From: a virus
Taxonomy: Duplodnaviria > Caudoviricetes
Direction: 5' to 3' (one strand)
Virus record (IMG/VR): IMGVR_UViG_3300014152_000321
Span: 1-27,969 of that record
DNA: 27,969 bases
The position numbers and the translations under genes are program-made. Positions 1 to 9,805 of this stretch are shown in pieces; positions within the stretch are counted from its first letter, which is position 1; every line of letters begins with the position of its first letter. The notes beneath the pieces are model-generated. The model was not told the origin of the DNA, did no database searches, and saw only the letters and a program-made list of their open reading frames with translations.

Positions 1-1884
1 AGGTGGACCGACTTGAAAAGCATCAGCCATCACAGGAGAGTTGGTGTTCTCCATGCCCCGCTCTTCAGCGGGTGACCATGTGTAAACGCTTGGGTCAGTT
101 TCGCAGACATCAAGCTCACAGGCTAACGTCGGGGATTCCTTGCCGTCTGCTTCGTTGTATTGAATCTTGGGAACAAAGCGAAAGTTGCTTACTTCAAGGT
201 TCTTGTTTGACCAACCCAACGGGGCGAACGTCATCTGCACAACGTCACAGGCTTGCGTCTGGTAAGCAGACAGCGGCATTTGAAGAGTTCCAATTCCCTG
301 CCATCTATTGCGCAGTAAAAAGATTTTCATTAGGCGCTGCACGGTCGCACACGATTGCACGAACTGATAACGACGGTCGGTGTACAGCTTCGTTCCGCCA
401 TCTTGAGCTAGATTCGGGTCAGTCATGTATCCGTGCAATGCGTCTTGAGCATATTCCGGGGCATCCGTGGGCTGGTATGCCCCGCTGAACACATTGGGGT
501 CACGGTAGCCGTTGGACATCAGACCCATAATCATGTACGGGTAAACCGGGCTGACATAGGTTGCCCGAACCGTATTAAACAAGTCCCGGAACTTGCGCCG
601 GGGCGTCCATTTGACAGGACCAATTAAGTCGTTGGCGGTAAATTCTAATGTTGTCCCATACCAAGCGGCGGGGTAAATCTGAATCAGTCCGCCTGAGACC
701 GATAACCTGCCTTCCATTGCCATGAGCAATGAACTAAGGATGTCACCACGGTTGGACGAGTAACGGAATGTGCCGTTGATGGTGTAGCGGCTTTCGGTTA
801 GCGCCTGCCCCACGGTTCCGGCAATCCAGATAATGTGATTGTCTGCGGTCGTCGAGCCCTCGACTGTTGCCCACGTTGGTTGGCTTCCGCCTGACGTTGG
901 TACGCTGGTAAGGGTCGTGTATCCCTGCACGGTCTGAAGACGGTTGTTGGAGTCGTAAATTATCTGCCCAATTCCGTATTGATAGTTGGCGGTCCATGCG
1001 CCCGGCTGAACCGCAAGTTGGACTTGCTCGTCACAGATGTTGGCAGCGGCAATGAGTTGGTCAGTGTCTATCTCAACAGAGTAGGAACACCCAAACCCAA
1101 AGTCAGGGTTGCAGAGATAATCGGCGACAATCAAGGCAGCGTTGCACGTCCAACCGTGGGATGCCGGGTTAGGCGTGACGCCATCACTCAGGAATTGCGC
1201 ACCCAAACGGGGGTCGTAAATATCATTTTTACCGTGAATATCGGCTTGAAGGTTCGGCGGACTGTTAAAGATGTTTGAGTCGTATTCAGCACGGCAGTAA
1301 GTTGCGGCAAGCCCATTCAGCGTGCAAGTGTCGTCCCATGGCGCACCCTGCCCGGAAGTGCGGCTGCCAAGGTCGGTGAAATAGTAACCAGCAGCCGTGC
1401 CAAGGATGTTGGAGCAGGCAGCCTTACCGTTGAAGTTGTACTTGTTTCCGGCATCGTCGTAATGGTCGGACGAATCTAATATGTCGCTTGCGCCATAGGT
1501 CGCAGCATCCCCGCCGTTACCACCAGCCCAATAGGCTCTGCGGGAATCCAAATAAAGATTGTCGATACTCTGTATCGTGTGAGATGCCCACACAACAACT
1601 TGGTTCAGTTGACTGCTACTGTTGGTAGACGCCCAATATACAACGGTTCCGCTGGCACGGGTTGAGCCGTAAATCACCTGACGGGAACCAGCAGCCTCAC
1701 GAATGGAAACACTGTTGGTCGGGGTGTTCGCAAGCTCTTCAGCGATTCCCTGAAGTATCATCGACCCGCCAACGGCGAGGACAGGAAGCTCAATCTGGAT
1801 AAGGAACGGAATCAAAGCGGGGTCGATAAAGGCAGCTATGCCAAGACCCACAATCATGCCGATTCCCTCTATGATTTTCGCCAT
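1..1884 (-). CDS. Tail-tip/central tail (gpJ-like host-specificity) protein, 3' end outside window
   Basis: Absent from the ORF track because it runs off the edge. ATG at 1884 overlaps the upstream stop (TAATG). Manual translation of the first ~450 codons is open: MAKIIEGIGMIVGLG...SIREAAGSRQVIYGSTRASGTVVY...GKNDIYDPR...NAALIVADYL...AANICDEQV...RYTINGTF, motifs typical of siphovirus tail-tip proteins. Confidence 0.85.
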   Translation of the reverse strand, partial: MAKIIEGIGMIVGLGIAAFIDPALIPFLIQIELPVLAVGGSMILQGIAEELANTPTNSVSIREAAGSRQVIYGSTRASGTVVYWASTNSSSQLNQVVVWASHTIQSIDNLYLDSRRAYWAGGNGGDAATYGASDILDSSDHYDDAGNKYNFNGKAACSNILGTAAGYYFTDLGSRTSGQGAPWDDTCTLNGLAATYCRAEYDSNIFNSPPNLQADIHGKNDIYDPRLGAQFLSDGVTPNPASHGWTCNAALIVADYLCNPDFGFGCSYSVEIDTDQLIAAANICDEQVQLAVQPGAWTANYQYGIGQIIYDSNNRLQTVQGYTTLTSVPTSGGSQPTWATVEGSTTADNHIIWIAGTVGQALTESRYTINGTFRYSSNRGDILSSLLMAMEGRLSVSGGLIQIYPAAWYGTTLEFTANDLIGPVKWTPRRKFRDLFNTVRATYVSPVYPYMIMGLMSNGYRDPNVFSGAYQPTDAPEYAQDALHGYMTDPNLAQDGGTKLYTDRRYQFVQSCATVQRLMKIFLLRNRWQGIGTLQMPLSAYQTQACDVVQMTFAPLGWSNKNLEVSNFRFVPKIQYNEADGKESPTLACELDVCETDPSVYTWSPAEERGMENTNSPVMADAFQVGPP

Positions 1885-2327
1885 TACTGCCCCACTTTCC
1901 ACGCACGCTTGCACTGACGCAGCGGTATCTTGTGCAATCCCGTGGGGGTCACAAACAGACAGTGAATTCCGTTAAAGTGAACGATGCCAGCGGCTAGACC
2001 CTCAGAGCCTTGGTAAAGCACGAGATCACCACGTTGGGCAAATAGAGCAGCTTGTCTCTCAACCAAGCCTTGTTGCTTGGCGACGTAGACAGCGGCATCT
2101 TCAACCGTGGTACCGCCCGTCACGGTTTTAATCGTTGCCGTTGCCCCGGCTTCGTCGGCATATCTGCCCCTGAAGTCTGCTGCAAGGTCAACCCCGGTAA
2201 ATGACTGGATGGCAGAGGCAGCGAACAAAGCACAATCCCACGTGCCCCATGCAAACGGCTGCTTGACGTTTGCGACAAGGAAATTGTGTAAGAGTTCCTG
2301 CCATTCTGGTTTGCGAATCAAGCTCAT
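1884..2327 (-). CDS. DUF6950/NlpC-P60-like tail assembly protein
   Basis: PFAWGTWDCALFAA and AQRGDLV motifs; gpK-like position. Start moved to the ATG at 2327, coupled to the upstream TAA. Confidence 0.75.
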   Translation of the reverse strand: MSLIRKPEWQELLHNFLVANVKQPFAWGTWDCALFAASAIQSFTGVDLAADFRGRYADEAGATATIKTVTGGTTVEDAAVYVAKQQGLVERQAALFAQRGDLVLYQGSEGLAAGIVHFNGIHCLFVTPTGLHKIPLRQCKRAWKVGQ

Positions 2328-2887
2328 TAAGTCCAACCCAAATGCATGTTCTGTATGTACTGAACCCAACGCAACGAACCGTCGTTTGGATAACGGCTTC
2401 GCTGGTCTTGGTCTGTTAGTCTTCCGCCCGGAGCCCGTTGCATATCGGCTAGGCGGCTTTCAACGGAAATGGAAATCGTTACGGTATCGGTGTTGATGTC
2501 GATAGCGGGTTGGTCAACTAGACCAATGAAAGCGGGGATAGGTGCGCCAACCAAGGTTCCGCTGGAGTTCAGAAAGCCAAGGTAGACACGGGCAAGTTGC
2601 CCGAACTGAACGTCAGACAGCGAATCATCTAGCAGGTTTGTCGGGATGCCGGACAGCTTGAGGGTTATTCCTTGCGCCTGAACGTCTGAGCTTTCCTGAA
2701 CGCTTGAAATCGTGCCAAACGTGCCAACCCCGGTATACGTGTTTCCGTCATAGGGGTTGATGAAACTGCCTGTCCCAGTCCATGCATAAATGGTTTCATT
2801 GGCAAACGCTATCGACACAAAGAACGCCGGTCTCACTACATTGCTGGTGAGTTCTGCTGCTGTGTTGGAATCAAGTGAACGTGGCAT
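2327..2887 (-). CDS. Minor tail / hub protein (gpL-like position)
   Basis: YAWTGTG..YTGVGTFG, ITLKLSGI and TDQDQRSRYPND motifs; lies between the Dit-like and NlpC-like genes. Confidence 0.75.
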   Translation of the reverse strand: MPRSLDSNTAAELTSNVVRPAFFVSIAFANETIYAWTGTGSFINPYDGNTYTGVGTFGTISSVQESSDVQAQGITLKLSGIPTNLLDDSLSDVQFGQLARVYLGFLNSSGTLVGAPIPAFIGLVDQPAIDINTDTVTISISVESRLADMQRAPGGRLTDQDQRSRYPNDGSLRWVQYIQNMHLGWT

Positions 2888-2935
2888 ATTTCTGGCTTCT
2901 ACCTGTAGAACAATTGCGGGGGGCTAAAATCGCAG

Positions 2936-3568
2936 TTATCGGGCTTCTAATGCGTGGAACGACAAACCAACAGTCTTAGTCTCACGGAAGGTATATTCAC
3001 GGTCGTTGGAAGCTAAGCGGAAGAGTCCCTTACAATTCGTGGTGGTTATAGCCGTCCCGTCCGTTACCTGCTCACGCAAGGACGGCCAAATCGTTATGGT
3101 TGCGTTGCCGCTGGAATCTGAATTCACAGGGGCAGAAATGACGTTATAGAGGCGGTATCCAATCTGGATATAATCCCTTGGCATCAGAAGTCTGTTGGTG
3201 CTCGCCTTCCAACCCCGAGTGTTCAGCATCGTGCTGGTAGCAGTGTTGGTTCCGGATACCACGGGGGTGCCCTGCGGTCGTCCCGATGGCTTAGTCTTTG
3301 AGGGGTCACCAAGCTGAAAGACGTTAAGCTGTCCCCTACACTCAAGCAGGAATGCCACCCAAGCGTCAGCGTTTGCATTGCTCATGCTTGGCAGTGAAGC
3401 GTTGACTTTCCAGAAGTCTCCACCAGCCCAATACTGAGTTTGGCTCTGCATAGTGAACGGCGATTGCGTCATTCCCACGGAATCATGGGCAGTGAAGTCC
3501 AATTGCTTCCATGCGGGGGAGCTAGGAATTGCAATGATGTTCCACGAATTGAAAGTTCCGATAATCAT
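2936..3568 (-). CDS. Distal tail (Dit-like) minor tail protein
   Basis: SPFTMQSQTQ, W-x-AFL-x-x-x-RG and ATITIWPSLR motifs; likely start MIIGTF at 3568, just after the upstream stop. Confidence 0.7.
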   Translation of the reverse strand: MIIGTFNSWNIIAIPSSPAWKQLDFTAHDSVGMTQSPFTMQSQTQYWAGGDFWKVNASLPSMSNANADAWVAFLLECRGQLNVFQLGDPSKTKPSGRPQGTPVVSGTNTATSTMLNTRGWKASTNRLLMPRDYIQIGYRLYNVISAPVNSDSSGNATITIWPSLREQVTDGTAITTTNCKGLFRLASNDREYTFRETKTVGLSFHALEAR

Positions 3569-3569
3569 G

Positions 3570-3923
3570 TTATGTGCCAGCCGGGTAAGCGGGGGTTGCC
3601 GGAATCGCAGACGCCGATCCGTCAATCACTGACCGCAATGAAGCCCGATAAATCACCCAAACAGCGGGTGGGGTGACCCCATGCTCAAAACAGCGAAGCA
3701 TAGTTACATCGGACTTATCGAGCAAAGTCTGAGCCTGAACCGCCAGTTGGGCTTGTGCCTGAGCCGCTATGATGGCTGGGTCAACCGGGGTTGCTGTGTT
3801 ACCAGCAGCGACCCAAGCCAAATAGGCTGCGTAGTCGGTGTTGTTGGGGTCGGGCGGAATGCAAGCTCCGTCCGAGCGTTGAATGGCTGTTGTGTTTGGT
3901 AGAAGGCTGTATGTATAGCTCAT
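3570..3923 (-). CDS. Tail fibre assembly/chaperone protein
   Basis: IPPDPNNTDYAAYLAWVAAGNT motif typical of fibre-associated chaperones; directly follows the fibre gene. Confidence 0.75.
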   Translation of the reverse strand: MSYTYSLLPNTTAIQRSDGACIPPDPNNTDYAAYLAWVAAGNTATPVDPAIIAAQAQAQLAVQAQTLLDKSDVTMLRCFEHGVTPPAVWVIYRASLRSVIDGSASAIPATPAYPAGT

Positions 3924-3926
3924 GTT

Positions 3927-6353
3927 TTATAGTTCCGCTGCTGCGAGGATTGCCATTGCGCCAGTGTTTGAGACAAAGGTGCCGCCCAAGCCACTGAAAC
4001 CCCCAAAGTTAATGTTGAATCCGGTAGTTGAGTTCAGATAGGTTGCGTTTATTGTCGAACCAGAACCAGTAAAGTTACCGCCTCCCCAAATCGCAAATGT
4101 TGGTGTAGACGTTGATAGTGAAAGCGTTGGAGCCGCTCGTTTGGAAACTTTATAAGTGCCATTAAGAACGATTGAGGTAGAGCTATTCGGATTAGCAACC
4201 CAGCCGTCGATGACTTCGTAGTACCGCTGACACAAACTCAGTTCCAGCCCATAGGAACGGCGCTCAAACGGTGTAGCAACTGAGCCTGCTTCAAACTGAA
4301 CGCCAGTGATATAGAAATTGGCTCCCGAAACAGCCATCACGCTTGTGTCACCAGTTACTCCACGCTTATCAGCAGCAACCCATGAACCGGCGGTGCCTTG
4401 ATAGTTTGAACCGCACCCCATGTCCCAGATAACGGTGACTCCAATTGTGTTGTCGGCTGCCCACGTACCAGTAGTTTCGCCAGTAATCGTGATGGAGACT
4501 TTCTGCCAAGTGTTTGCCGAGTTGATAGTGTAGGTATAAGGGTATGAGCGATTGAGTGCTGCATTACGAAGCGCCCCGCCAAACTGCCCTGTCAGAGACG
4601 AGCGCACCCAAAAAGACAACGTAATAGTCTGTGCATTTGCTGTACCCCAACCAAGGTCGGCTATATTCAAGCCTTCTATGTTCTGCTGCATTTGCGCATA
4701 AGCACTACTGATGGCTGAGTAGCCAGTGGAAATGTTGAGGTAAAAACTGCTGTTAAATCCAGTAGGCGCAACAGTATTCGATTGGATGGCAGTAGACGAG
4801 CCGCCATACAGGATAATTTCGAAACGATCTACTGGAAATACAGCCTGACCAACTGGGTTTACTCCTGCACCACCCGCTGCTTGGGAAATCCTCATATCAC
4901 CATTGATAATCCGGTTACGCATGTTGAGCGCACCAGCGGTCGGGAACAAGCTCAGAGGGACGCCAGTGTCTTCAAGAAGCTGACCATTGGTGGCGTTGAA
5001 TGCTGCCAGATTGCCGACAACCGAAGATGCAGGGGCAACAACGTTGCCTGCACCCGAAGGGGTTGCCCACGTGCTATCGCCACGAAGAAACGTACTGGAA
5101 CTCCCACCAGTGGGAATCTGGGCGATTGGCAGGTTGCCTGTGGTCAGGTCTGAAGCTGAAACCACCACGTTGCCAGATAGAGCGTGACCGTTGACTGTTG
5201 TGGTGGTCAGGACACGGTTGCTAAGTTCAGTCGTCAGGTTAGTGACTTGGGACTCGGCAATATTGGCGGATAATCCAGCAGCCGTCCCGCTGGTATTGGC
5301 TGAGTTGGCGGGAATATCACCACTCAACAGAGCCGGAAGCTGAGCGTGGGGCAGGATGCCTGTGGTGATGTCACTGGCACTGACGACCACGTTGGATGAC
5401 AGAGCATGACCGTTGACCGTAGTCGTAGTCGAGACTTTTGCGGCTAAATCTGTGGTTAAATTAGTTACTTGGCTCTCAGCGATGTTGGCACTGAGCCCAC
5501 CAGACGTGCCCGTGGTGTTCGCTGCATTGTTCGGAATATCTCCACTGACAAGAGCCGGAAGCTGAGCGTGAGGCAGGGTGCCAGTCGTAATGTCTGAGGC
5601 GCTCACCACAACGTTGCTGCTCAGGGCGTGACCGTTAACAGTCGTGCTGGTTAACACACGGTTGGCAAGGTCGGTCGTCAGGTTGGTGACTTGGGATTCG
5701 GTGATACTGCCCGTGATAGATGTTGCCGTCCCCGTCGTATTTGCAGTGTTGTTCGGGATGTCTGCACTAACCAAAGCCGGAAGTTGGGCATGGGGCAGGG
5801 TACCCGTTGTGATGTCTGAGGCGGACACAACCACGTTTGACGACAGCGGATGCCCGTTTATCGTGACCGTGGTTTTTACCAGTGAAGACGCATCACTCAG
5901 GTTGGTTGAGCCTAACGGGGTTCCATTGACTTCAAAGGCTGTCGTTGCATTAACAATCGGGGCTGTAACAGTTCCGGTAAACGTCGGGGATGCTGCCAGC
6001 GTGACGAGTATCTGAGGGACGGACGGCAGCAACATAGCCGGGTCGAACGTATCAAAGTTGATTCCCGTGCTGGTGACCGTCACGCCCTTGAGCACGACCG
6101 CCAACCCGGATGTGCAATCCGTGATCGTGACGGTGTACACGAACTCACCATTGGTAGGTGACACTTGATAGCTGGCAATAACCCCGCTGGTGATGGTTGC
6201 TTGTGATGCTTCAACAATGAACCCACCCGACGACGCAAGAGCGGGAATTGCATTCCCGTTACCGTCAGAGGGTTGAAAGCAGATTGTTCCGCTGGCAAGC
6301 AGGTTGCCGGATGCATCCTGAAATTTAGTCCCGGTGATCGGAGCCCAACTCAT
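3927..6353 (-). CDS. Tail fibre / receptor-binding protein with internal repeats and a C-terminal CBM-like domain
   Basis: N-terminus reminiscent of Stf-type anchors; S/T-rich 74-aa repeats; C-terminal RNRIINGDM...VQFEAGSVATPFERR...LCQRYY module. Confidence 0.8.
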   Translation of the reverse strand: MSWAPITGTKFQDASGNLLASGTICFQPSDGNGNAIPALASSGGFIVEASQATITSGVIASYQVSPTNGEFVYTVTITDCTSGLAVVLKGVTVTSTGINFDTFDPAMLLPSVPQILVTLAASPTFTGTVTAPIVNATTAFEVNGTPLGSTNLSDASSLVKTTVTINGHPLSSNVVVSASDITTGTLPHAQLPALVSADIPNNTANTTGTATSITGSITESQVTNLTTDLANRVLTSTTVNGHALSSNVVVSASDITTGTLPHAQLPALVSGDIPNNAANTTGTSGGLSANIAESQVTNLTTDLAAKVSTTTTVNGHALSSNVVVSASDITTGILPHAQLPALLSGDIPANSANTSGTAAGLSANIAESQVTNLTTELSNRVLTTTTVNGHALSGNVVVSASDLTTGNLPIAQIPTGGSSSTFLRGDSTWATPSGAGNVVAPASSVVGNLAAFNATNGQLLEDTGVPLSLFPTAGALNMRNRIINGDMRISQAAGGAGVNPVGQAVFPVDRFEIILYGGSSTAIQSNTVAPTGFNSSFYLNISTGYSAISSAYAQMQQNIEGLNIADLGWGTANAQTITLSFWVRSSLTGQFGGALRNAALNRSYPYTYTINSANTWQKVSITITGETTGTWAADNTIGVTVIWDMGCGSNYQGTAGSWVAADKRGVTGDTSVMAVSGANFYITGVQFEAGSVATPFERRSYGLELSLCQRYYEVIDGWVANPNSSTSIVLNGTYKVSKRAAPTLSLSTSTPTFAIWGGGNFTGSGSTINATYLNSTTGFNINFGGFSGLGGTFVSNTGAMAILAAAEL
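5130..5870 (-). repeat. Intragenic 222-bp (74-aa) tandem repeats, about 3.3 copies
   Basis: The NGH(A/P)LS motif recurs at about 5852, 5630, 5408 and 5186, a 222-nt period. Confidence 0.9.
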
Positions 6354-6355
6354 AT

Positions 6356-9022
6356 TTAATTTCTCCTTGAAGCGGGACGACGGACGCTCAATTCACGCTG
6401 AGCAACCACGGCACCACGAACACTGGCAACATGACTCTCTGCAATCGCCTTTCTAACCCGCATGTCAACGTCAGCAGCATTTGCGCCTCTGGCGTCGATG
6501 TGATAAACGTTTTGACCGCCCAACAATTTGCGTAAGTCGCTATTGCTGGTTACGTGTCCGCCTAGATTGCTGTGCAGTTCTGGTCCGTCTTCGCCAACAA
6601 TTGACAGCCCATAGGGTGATGGGTCACCACCAGAGGCAAAGCCCGGAATCATAGAAAGCGACATCAAGCCAGCCATAGAACCGTCTAACGTGTTTATGGT
6701 CGGGGCAGTCCCGCCCGTGATGTCTGCAACGCTTCCACCCGGAACCATGAGCGGTTCAGAACCACCACCCAAGTTAGGAATTCCCATTCCGCCAACCACC
6801 CGCACATTTAGCGGATTGCCAACGGAACCGTCAGGCTTACCCCCGCCAAGCCCAAACGCTTTTGCAATGCCTGACACGGGTGAACCTGCATTGCCAGCCC
6901 CAAGTCCCTTGGCTAGTGCGCTCTCTGCCTGCTTGAATCCGGCTTTAGCGGTACTGGTAGCCATCGACTCAAAGAAGCTATGCCAGTTGGTCTTCTGCCC
7001 CAATAAGGCTTTAGCCATTTGGTCATTCAGGTCATCAAACGCTTTGCCAAGAAAGTCATGGACTTCCTGAGCTGCTGTCTTGGTGTGAATAGCCATCTCA
7101 TCGAAATAGGCTTTCATTCCAGCCATAGGCGAACCCGTAGCCAGTGCCATCTTGTCTTGCAGTTCAATCAGGTCTTTGGTGGTTTGCTTGACGGCTGCCT
7201 GAACTTCCGGGGCGGTCTGGTCCATGCCTTTGAGCACGGACAATTCCGTCTGTAGGAACGTCACCCGGTCTCTATCGGCATTGACAGCCTGTCCGGCGGC
7301 TTCGTATATCTTTTGCTGGTACTGTAGCTGTAACTGCAAATTGGACGCCGCAACTTTGGCTTCAACATCGGGACCACCGGCAGCCCGAATCTTGGCTTCT
7401 GCGTTTACCCGTTCTGCCTCACGCACAGCGGAAGCACCTTGCAGGTAAGCCGCATTGAGATTAGCCAACGCTGACAGTTCAAGATATTTGTCTTTCAGAA
7501 ATATGGTTGCGGTCGTGTGGGCTTTGGCTCTGGCTTCCTCGTACAGTAGTTCTGCCCTAGCCGCTATCTCTGCTTGAGTAGCGTTTCTACCAGCTAGTTC
7601 GCTTTCGGCTTGTGCCTGTGCGTTGGCATGCATGACAGCATCGGCACCCACCCTAACCGCATCTGTAAGGTCGTTCTGGTGTCTAATGCGCATGACAAGG
7701 GTGTTGTCGCCCTGCACGAGCGTTTGGTTAAGTTCCTCTTGCGCCAGCCTAAGAGCCTCGGTCTGTAGCTGCTGTTTCTGGTCGGCGGATAAATGCTCCA
7801 GCAGTTTCTCTGGTGTTGCCCGTGGGTTGTTCTTTAGCGTGGCTGCATTGCGGGCTACGATCTCCAAATTCTTTGCGGTGATCTCGGCATCGAGTTTTGA
7901 TATTTCCATGTTGGCTTTGGCAATAGTCAATGCTTCCGCCCGTTTGGAGTTATCGACACTCTCAGCGGCAACCAAGGCTTGAGCGTTTGTCACTCTCTGC
8001 TGTGCTTGTGCCAACGCAATAGCGAACCCGTTGTTCATCGGCTGAACGATTGCACGTGGGGTGTTGGCTTTATTCGCTTCTAGTTCGCCGACCTTGGATT
8101 GCTTGTTAAGCTCGTCAACCTTGCGCTGTAGGCTGCCCAACTCTTCGACATACTGGATAAGGCTCTGTTTGTTTTGCGCTAGTTCTTTGTCACCGGCAGT
8201 ATTGCCATAACCGATGCGCACCGCACTGGTCGCTGTATTGGCAATGTTGTTTTGCGTCTCAGCAATGGCGGCTCTGATTATGTCCATGCGGGCTTGAATC
8301 TGGGCTTTCGGGTCCATCTGTCTGACAGCAGTTAAGCCTGTGTCATCACTGGCACCCATGCCCAAACCCACCATGGTCATATCATTCAATTGTGATTGGG
8401 CTTTCTTAGCGGTAGCCCCGGCGGTAGTATCCCCAACCTGATACCATGGAGTTTTGCCGAGCAATTGGATTTGCTTATCAATATCTTTCTGTAATGACTT
8501 GCCCAGCTCGTCCGCTGCTATACGGGCTTCTGCCAGTGCAACGGCTAGATTGTTGATTGGCTTATGTTGCAGCTTGGCGATTTGTACGTCTAACTTAGCG
8601 TTGGTAACGTCAAGATGGTCGTTGGCGATCTGTGTGTCTTGGGCAAACGATGTCCATTCGGCGTTGTTCTTTCTGGCGGCTTCTGAAAGCCCGTTAAATG
8701 CTTTAACGAGTTCGTAGACTTTCTCACCAGCATGAATGAGAACTTCGGCAATACCGAAAATGGCGAGACCAGTAAATGCCGCTGACATAGCGGTACGAAC
8801 AGCGGGAAGCCCACTAATGAACGTGCGCAGGTGGCGGGGCATGTGGACCCCGAACTCCTCACCCACAAGAGCAAGAGATGCTTTCGACTCCTGCATCTCT
8901 TTTTTGATAGCGGTCTTGATAGAGTTAGCGGACTGGCGGGCTTGAGCCTCGGCGAACTTCATTCCGTCAACGAAGGAACTTGTTCCCGCTTCGAAATTTA
9001 CTTTTATACGCCCGATTGCCAT
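6356..9022 (-). CDS. Tape measure protein
   Basis: 888 aa, Ala/Gln/Lys-rich helical character, C-terminal GFASGG..IVGEDGPEL motif; follows the tail chaperones. Confidence 0.9.
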   Translation of the reverse strand: MAIGRIKVNFEAGTSSFVDGMKFAEAQARQSANSIKTAIKKEMQESKASLALVGEEFGVHMPRHLRTFISGLPAVRTAMSAAFTGLAIFGIAEVLIHAGEKVYELVKAFNGLSEAARKNNAEWTSFAQDTQIANDHLDVTNAKLDVQIAKLQHKPINNLAVALAEARIAADELGKSLQKDIDKQIQLLGKTPWYQVGDTTAGATAKKAQSQLNDMTMVGLGMGASDDTGLTAVRQMDPKAQIQARMDIIRAAIAETQNNIANTATSAVRIGYGNTAGDKELAQNKQSLIQYVEELGSLQRKVDELNKQSKVGELEANKANTPRAIVQPMNNGFAIALAQAQQRVTNAQALVAAESVDNSKRAEALTIAKANMEISKLDAEITAKNLEIVARNAATLKNNPRATPEKLLEHLSADQKQQLQTEALRLAQEELNQTLVQGDNTLVMRIRHQNDLTDAVRVGADAVMHANAQAQAESELAGRNATQAEIAARAELLYEEARAKAHTTATIFLKDKYLELSALANLNAAYLQGASAVREAERVNAEAKIRAAGGPDVEAKVAASNLQLQLQYQQKIYEAAGQAVNADRDRVTFLQTELSVLKGMDQTAPEVQAAVKQTTKDLIELQDKMALATGSPMAGMKAYFDEMAIHTKTAAQEVHDFLGKAFDDLNDQMAKALLGQKTNWHSFFESMATSTAKAGFKQAESALAKGLGAGNAGSPVSGIAKAFGLGGGKPDGSVGNPLNVRVVGGMGIPNLGGGSEPLMVPGGSVADITGGTAPTINTLDGSMAGLMSLSMIPGFASGGDPSPYGLSIVGEDGPELHSNLGGHVTSNSDLRKLLGGQNVYHIDARGANAADVDMRVRKAIAESHVASVRGAVVAQRELSVRRPASRRN

Positions 9023-9424
9023 TTACTTTCCTTGCTTGTCTTGTCGCATAATCAAACCTTTGAAGATTCCACGCACACTAGCCGCTACGCTGGCTCTATG
9101 CTTCTTAGTCATCCGTTGCTTTTTAGCTTCGACGGTTTTAGTCTTTCCAAATTGCGATGGCATAAAATCAACGGGCTTAACCCCATTCTTTGGGGCACCT
9201 AGCGAGCAATTGACCACTGCGGAACCGTGTATCCCGATGACCCATTCAAAATGCTCTATCTGTTCCCGATATCGCTTCGCCAAATCGTCAAACTGACGAG
9301 GGGTCAAAGCATAGAATTCAACGTCCGTCAGTCTCAGATTTATTCGGGCGAATGACCAGTACCGCCGCCATTGCTGCTGCCAAGAGAGAGCCGGAACTAC
9401 TGCTCCGGCTTCTCTACGTTTTTT
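9023..9424 (-). CDS. Tail assembly chaperone GT extension (-1 frameshift frame)
   Basis: The -1 frame is open from the slippery site through LRLTDVEFYALTPRQF into ORF 9023..9307. Confidence 0.8.
   Translation of the reverse strand, partial: KKRREAGAVVPALSWQQQWRRYWSFARINLRLTDVEFYALTPRQFDDLAKRYREQIEHFEWVIGIHGSAVVNCSLGAPKNGVKPVDFMPSQFGKTKTVEAKKQRMTKKHRASVAASVRGIFKGLIMRQDKQGK
9389..9424 (-). other. -1 programmed ribosomal frameshift signal (A AAA AAC plus downstream hairpin)
   Basis: Heptamer AAAAAAC at 9418-9424 in the correct codon phase; stem AGCCGGAGC-AGTA-GTTCCGGCT at 9389-9410. Confidence 0.8.
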
Positions 9425-9750
9425 GAGTCGTCATCCACTTCGGGCTGACTCTCGGTGAACGCCTTCACTAAGGCGGTCGTCACCTTGCCCCGTCCGAGGG
9501 TCAGAATCATTCCTGCTTCGTCAAGCGTCACGTTTGGCTGTAGTTTGAGCAAAGCAGAATAGAGCAACGCTCGCAGCGTCAGCGCATTGACGTTACTAAA
9601 GTCAAGGGCGTTAAGCAGATTTAGACCCGTGAGGGTTTCGGCTTGAACGATTGCATTGAAGTCAAAGCAGAGAAAGTATTCCGAACCATTTACCTCAACG
9701 AGTACACGAGGCAATGTCGGGTCCATTACTGGAGATGGTTTTTTAGCCAT
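9397..9750 (-). CDS. Tail assembly chaperone (gpG-like)
   Basis: Between tail tube and tape measure; L-x-FDFNAI motif; ends in a slippery site. Confidence 0.85.
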   Translation of the reverse strand: MAKKPSPVMDPTLPRVLVEVNGSEYFLCFDFNAIVQAETLTGLNLLNALDFSNVNALTLRALLYSALLKLQPNVTLDEAGMILTLGRGKVTTALVKAFTESQPEVDDDSKNVEKPEQ

Positions 9751-9769
9751 AGTTGTGCCTATATCTCTA

Positions 9770-9793
9770 GCGGGGTGACGATGACCACCCCGC
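9770..9793 (-). terminator. GC-rich hairpin after the tail tube gene (attenuator or mRNA-stabilising stem)
   Basis: GCGGGGTG/CACCCCGC 8-bp inverted repeat; no clear U-tract. Confidence 0.45.
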
Positions 9794-9805
9794 CATTACG
9801 GATTA

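Noticed and set aside
3927-6353. Diversity-generating retroelement or invertible fibre cassette
   Set aside because: No reverse transcriptase, invertase or TR/VR pair seen; the repeats are in-frame coding tandem repeats
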